DNA from: Candidatus Levyibacteriota bacterium
Lineage (GTDB): Bacteria; Patescibacteriota; Microgenomatia; Levybacterales; UBA12049
Assembly (NCBI GenBank): GCA_016182235.1
Contig: JACOXT010000003.1
Coordinates: 2,209-66,208, forward strand
Reading direction: 5' to 3'
Length of the DNA: 64,000 bases
Made by a program: the position numbers and the translations under genes. Below are positions 59,800 through 64,000 of the stretch, one piece after another; the first letter of the stretch is position 1, and each line of letters begins with the position of its first letter. The notes under the pieces are model-generated. The model saw only the letters and a list, made by a program, of their open reading frames with translations. It ran no database searches and had not been told where the DNA came from.

Positions 59800-61068
59800 A
59801 TGGTTGCTCTGGAAAGAGTTGTTGATAGGCCACACTTTGAATCTTCTTCTCGTGGAAGAGAGGCAAGAGATCTAGATAGAGAATTTCTTCTTGGACAGAT
59901 TAATAAAAGCGCTAGAATACTAATAAGAGAACAACATGATATTAGCCACCTATTTCCTGCTGCTGCTTCAGAAAAATCTGTAGAAAAAGATCATTATCAT
60001 CATAGCTGGGTACGAGACGGCGCTATGATTAAGCATGCTCTTTTGGATCCTATTTTTGGAAAAGTCGGAGACCCTAATTTAGTTAGGGAAGGCAGAAAAG
60101 CAGCTGTTAATGGAATTAAAAGTAGCCTTAGTTTATTTGCCAACGAACCTTGGAGTAGTGGATTTGGACAGAAGATAGAAGAAACAAAAGATGCCTACGG
60201 CCGAGATTGCACAAGACTTACACAAGATGCTCCCCCAATACATTTTATGATAGATGGGAAAAACTGTCCTTGGCCAACACAAAACCAGCCGGATTCCTGG
60301 GGAATCTTACTTACTGTTATAGATCAAGCAGTCAGGCAAAACATTTTAACGTTAACTGAGGAGGAAAAAGAAGTAGTAACTAAAATAAGTAATTTTTTAG
60401 GAAGGGCAAGAATAGGTACTCTTCAGCAATTTTCCATGTGGGAATGGGGAATAGTATACGAGCCTCCTCCTACTTCAACCCTTGCTCTTTGCTCTAGAGG
60501 ATTGGAGTTAGCAATTCCTATTGTTTTAGAGAATCAAAAAGAAGCAAATCGAAGGGCAGCAAGTACATTAAGAAAAGCTGTAGAAAGACAGTATCCTGAA
60601 GAATATACAGTGACAAATGGGCATGAGAGTAAGTCGGATATGGCTACACTTGTTGCAGCTCATATGGGAGCATTAGATGGACTTTCTCTTTATAGATTCT
60701 TCAGGATTGCACATCCGGAACTTGGTAATGGTCAGTATCCTGGAAAAAGGAGATTTCGTGGAGATCATTATTACAGAGTGGATGAAGAAGAAGCGATTTG
60801 GCCAATGGGAGCACTTCTTGAAGCAAACATATTTTTAGGAAAAGCACTTTTTCTTCGTAAGAATGATTCTTCATCTAAGCTCGCAGAAAGATTTGCGCGG
60901 TTGGGGTTAAAGAGTTTGCAAAAAGTACAAGATCTAACCGAAAAATGTGGATACATCCCTGAACTTTTACAAATTAAAAAAGAAGGATTATCTCCAAACG
61001 ATAACCACTTATTGTGGAATGAGGCACTTATGCTTCAAGCTTCTAGTAGAGCTTTTGCTCTTGTTTAG
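59800..61068 (+). CDS. Glycoside hydrolase family 15-like (glucoamylase-related) protein
   Basis: YHHSWVRDGAMI, QPDSWGILL and FSMWEW resemble GH15 (alpha/alpha)6-barrel motifs. Confidence 0.55.
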   Translation: MVALERVVDRPHFESSSRGREARDLDREFLLGQINKSARILIREQHDISHLFPAAASEKSVEKDHYHHSWVRDGAMIKHALLDPIFGKVGDPNLVREGRKAAVNGIKSSLSLFANEPWSSGFGQKIEETKDAYGRDCTRLTQDAPPIHFMIDGKNCPWPTQNQPDSWGILLTVIDQAVRQNILTLTEEEKEVVTKISNFLGRARIGTLQQFSMWEWGIVYEPPPTSTLALCSRGLELAIPIVLENQKEANRRAASTLRKAVERQYPEEYTVTNGHESKSDMATLVAAHMGALDGLSLYRFFRIAHPELGNGQYPGKRRFRGDHYYRVDEEEAIWPMGALLEANIFLGKALFLRKNDSSSKLAERFARLGLKSLQKVQDLTEKCGYIPELLQIKKEGLSPNDNHLLWNEALMLQASSRAFALV

Positions 61069-61097
61069 TTCCTTTGGTTTTCTTATACTACGTGATA

Positions 61098-62849
61098 ATG
61101 AATCAAGCACATATTCGGAATTTTGCGATTATTGCTCATGTGGATCATGGCAAATCAACTTTGGCAGATAGGCTTTTGGAATTGACCAATACTGTTTCAA
61201 GGGAGAAAATGGAAGAGCAATTTCTTGATCGAAATCCAATAAGCAGAAGACGAGGAATTACAATAAAACTCGCTCCTGTTCGCATGAACTATACGCTAGA
61301 CGCTAATAACTATACGCTAAACTTAATTGACACTCCCGGACATGTTGATTTTTCCTATGAGGTTTCTCGCACTCTAGCTGCATGTGAAGGCGCGATATTG
61401 CTGGTTGATGCAACCCAAGGAATTCAGGCGCAAACTGTTGCCCATTTTAGAGAAGCAAAAAGGGAAAATTTAACTTTCATACCAGTTATAAATAAAATTG
61501 ATTTACCAAGCGCTCAAACGGAATTGGTCGCTAATGAGCTAATTGAGACTTTTGGATTTAGGAAAGAGGAGATCTTTCGGATCTCTGCCAAGACCGGTAA
61601 AAATGTTGATCTGTTACTATCTGAAATTGTCAAAAGAATACCTTCACCCCTTGGGCAGAAAGAAAAACCCCTTAGATGTTTAATTTTTGATGCAGTTTAT
61701 GATGAATTCAAGGGTGTAGTTGCCTACGTTAGGGTTGTAGATGGAGAGCTTGGAAAAGGAGATAGAGTTAGATTTTACCAAAATAATTTGGAATCTGAAG
61801 TGACAGATCTTGGATATTTTTCTCCGCATTTAGTTTCATCCAACAATTTATCAACTGGTGAGATTGGCTATATTATTACAGGCGTCAAAGATATTAGGAA
61901 GGTACGTGTAGGCGACACCATCACTGCGGAAGATGGAAGATGGAAAGTGGAAAATTCGGAATTTGAGCCCCTGCCGGGATATGAGATTCCTAAGCCGATG
62001 GTGTTTTTCGGAATGTACCCTAAGAGCACAAATGATTATATTTATTTAAGGGAATCTTTAGGCAAACTTACTTTAAATGATACTGCACTGACATATACTG
62101 AAGAATATTCTTCTTATTTGGGGAGTGGATTTAGGGTAGGATTTTTGGGACTTTTGCATGCGGAGATTGTTAAAGAAAGGATAAAGCAAGAATTTAATTT
62201 AGATGTTTTATTAACTATGCCCCAAGTTCTATACGAAAAAAGGGATGATGGTGTAGTCACAGAGCCATATATGAAGCTTACTGTTTATACACCCAAAGAA
62301 TATGTCGGTCCGGTTATGAATATATGCCAGGGGAAATTAGGTATCCTTTTAGATTTGAATTATCATGAAAGTTTTGCTGTTTTGTCCTATGATATGCCCT
62401 TCTCTATGTTTGTTAGGGGACTTTCCTCTGATCTAAAATCGGTATCGAATGGCTTTGCGAGCATTGATTATATGTTGACTTCTTATAAAGAAGCGGATTT
62501 AGCTAAACTTGAAATAAGAGTAAACGACGTTCCTATAGATGTTTTATCAGAGCTTGTTTATAGAGATGAATCGATACATATTGCCCGAGAAAAAGTGGAG
62601 AGGCTTAAGAACTCACTCCCAAGACAGCAGTTTAGGCAAATTATACAAGGATTAGTTAATGGAGATATTGTTGCCCGATCCGAAATTCCGCCTTTTAGAA
62701 AAGATGTTTTGCAAAAAATGTCTGGAGGAGATCGTAGAAGGAAAGATAAGCTTTTGGAAGCTCAGAAAAAAGGAAAATCCCGCATGATCGCGCATGCCAA
62801 AATTTCCATTCCCCAAGAAGCCCTACTTTCGATGATAGAGGGGAATTGA
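61098..62849 (+). CDS. lepA: Translation elongation factor 4
   Basis: IRNFAIIAHVDHGKSTLADRLL, DTPGHVDF and NKID are present, and the LepA C-terminal domain ends KLLEAQKKGK. The start is at MNQAHIRNF. Confidence 0.9.
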   Translation: MNQAHIRNFAIIAHVDHGKSTLADRLLELTNTVSREKMEEQFLDRNPISRRRGITIKLAPVRMNYTLDANNYTLNLIDTPGHVDFSYEVSRTLAACEGAILLVDATQGIQAQTVAHFREAKRENLTFIPVINKIDLPSAQTELVANELIETFGFRKEEIFRISAKTGKNVDLLLSEIVKRIPSPLGQKEKPLRCLIFDAVYDEFKGVVAYVRVVDGELGKGDRVRFYQNNLESEVTDLGYFSPHLVSSNNLSTGEIGYIITGVKDIRKVRVGDTITAEDGRWKVENSEFEPLPGYEIPKPMVFFGMYPKSTNDYIYLRESLGKLTLNDTALTYTEEYSSYLGSGFRVGFLGLLHAEIVKERIKQEFNLDVLLTMPQVLYEKRDDGVVTEPYMKLTVYTPKEYVGPVMNICQGKLGILLDLNYHESFAVLSYDMPFSMFVRGLSSDLKSVSNGFASIDYMLTSYKEADLAKLEIRVNDVPIDVLSELVYRDESIHIAREKVERLKNSLPRQQFRQIIQGLVNGDIVARSEIPPFRKDVLQKMSGGDRRRKDKLLEAQKKGKSRMIAHAKISIPQEALLSMIEGN

Positions 62850-62870
62850 TTGAAAATAAACTATAGGTTC

Positions 62871-62899
62871 TTGACAAGACATTAGGTTTATTGTATAAG
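62871..62899 (+). promoter_or_regulatory. Sigma70-type promoter (TTGACA-N17-TATAAG) for groES-groEL
   Basis: ttgaca at 62871-62876 and tataag at 62894-62899. I see no CIRCE element. Confidence 0.5.
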
Positions 62900-62948
62900 T
62901 ATTTGCTGTCCATTTTCATTAATGTGTTTTTTTATTGAATAAATTTAT

Positions 62949-64000
<1,052 letters not shown>

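Overview
AT-rich (by eye about one-third G+C), very gene-dense 64-kb bacterial window. It uses the standard code: TGA ends conserved genes at the expected length, for example the MFS gene at 629-631 and pcrA at 41998-42000. I count about 75 protein genes and recognised no rRNA, tRNA or CRISPR array by eye. All domain calls come from motifs I recognise in the translations; no search was run. The gene content suggests a Candidate Phyla Radiation/Patescibacteria (Microgenomates-like) genome, which is inference only: split transketolase, four GT-C membrane glycosyltransferases, PilN/PilO-like genes, a four-helix-bundle 'IVS' protein, a GIY-YIG gene, FemAB, LCP and very little biosynthesis. Housekeeping genes present are lepA, groES/groEL (3' truncated), rpsT, murJ, tpiA, rpiB, tktN/tktC, rnhB, msrA and pcrA. 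Things worth a second look: (1) A minus-strand operon at 35.7-42.0 kb has one stand-alone PPDK_N-type ATP-grasp gene plus three tandem paralogues. Each paralogue carries an unrecognised N-terminal domain and a C-terminal phosphohistidine swivel domain, there is no PEP/pyruvate TIM barrel, and HD and FemAB genes sit upstream. This looks like a split, multi-substrate rifampin-phosphotransferase-like system. (2) A SipW-type signal peptidase locus at 21.5-27.1 kb has three TasA/camelysin-family paralogues, one fused to a vWA domain. The peptidase itself is fused, through an internal copy of its own substrate motif (SDTETS), to a lamin-tail domain. (3) A 355-bp GIY-YIG cassette is bounded by hairpin-forming 10-bp terminal inverted repeats, and a 77-bp gene-less derivative sits in frame inside pcrA. 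(4) About 19 short arrays of degenerate 7-nt (and one 8-nt) periodic tandem repeats occur, in related sequence families. They abut start codons in intergenic DNA and also appear as in-frame insertions in conserved genes. (5) A four-gene operon links a P-type ATPase, a His-motif exported protein, a CcdA/DsbD-like protein and an FAD disulfide reductase. (6) Also present are NiSOD plus its maturation protease, a DUF6883/DUF4926 pair, two decayed genes, and several TTGACA-type promoters placed so close to start codons that leaderless transcripts are plausible.
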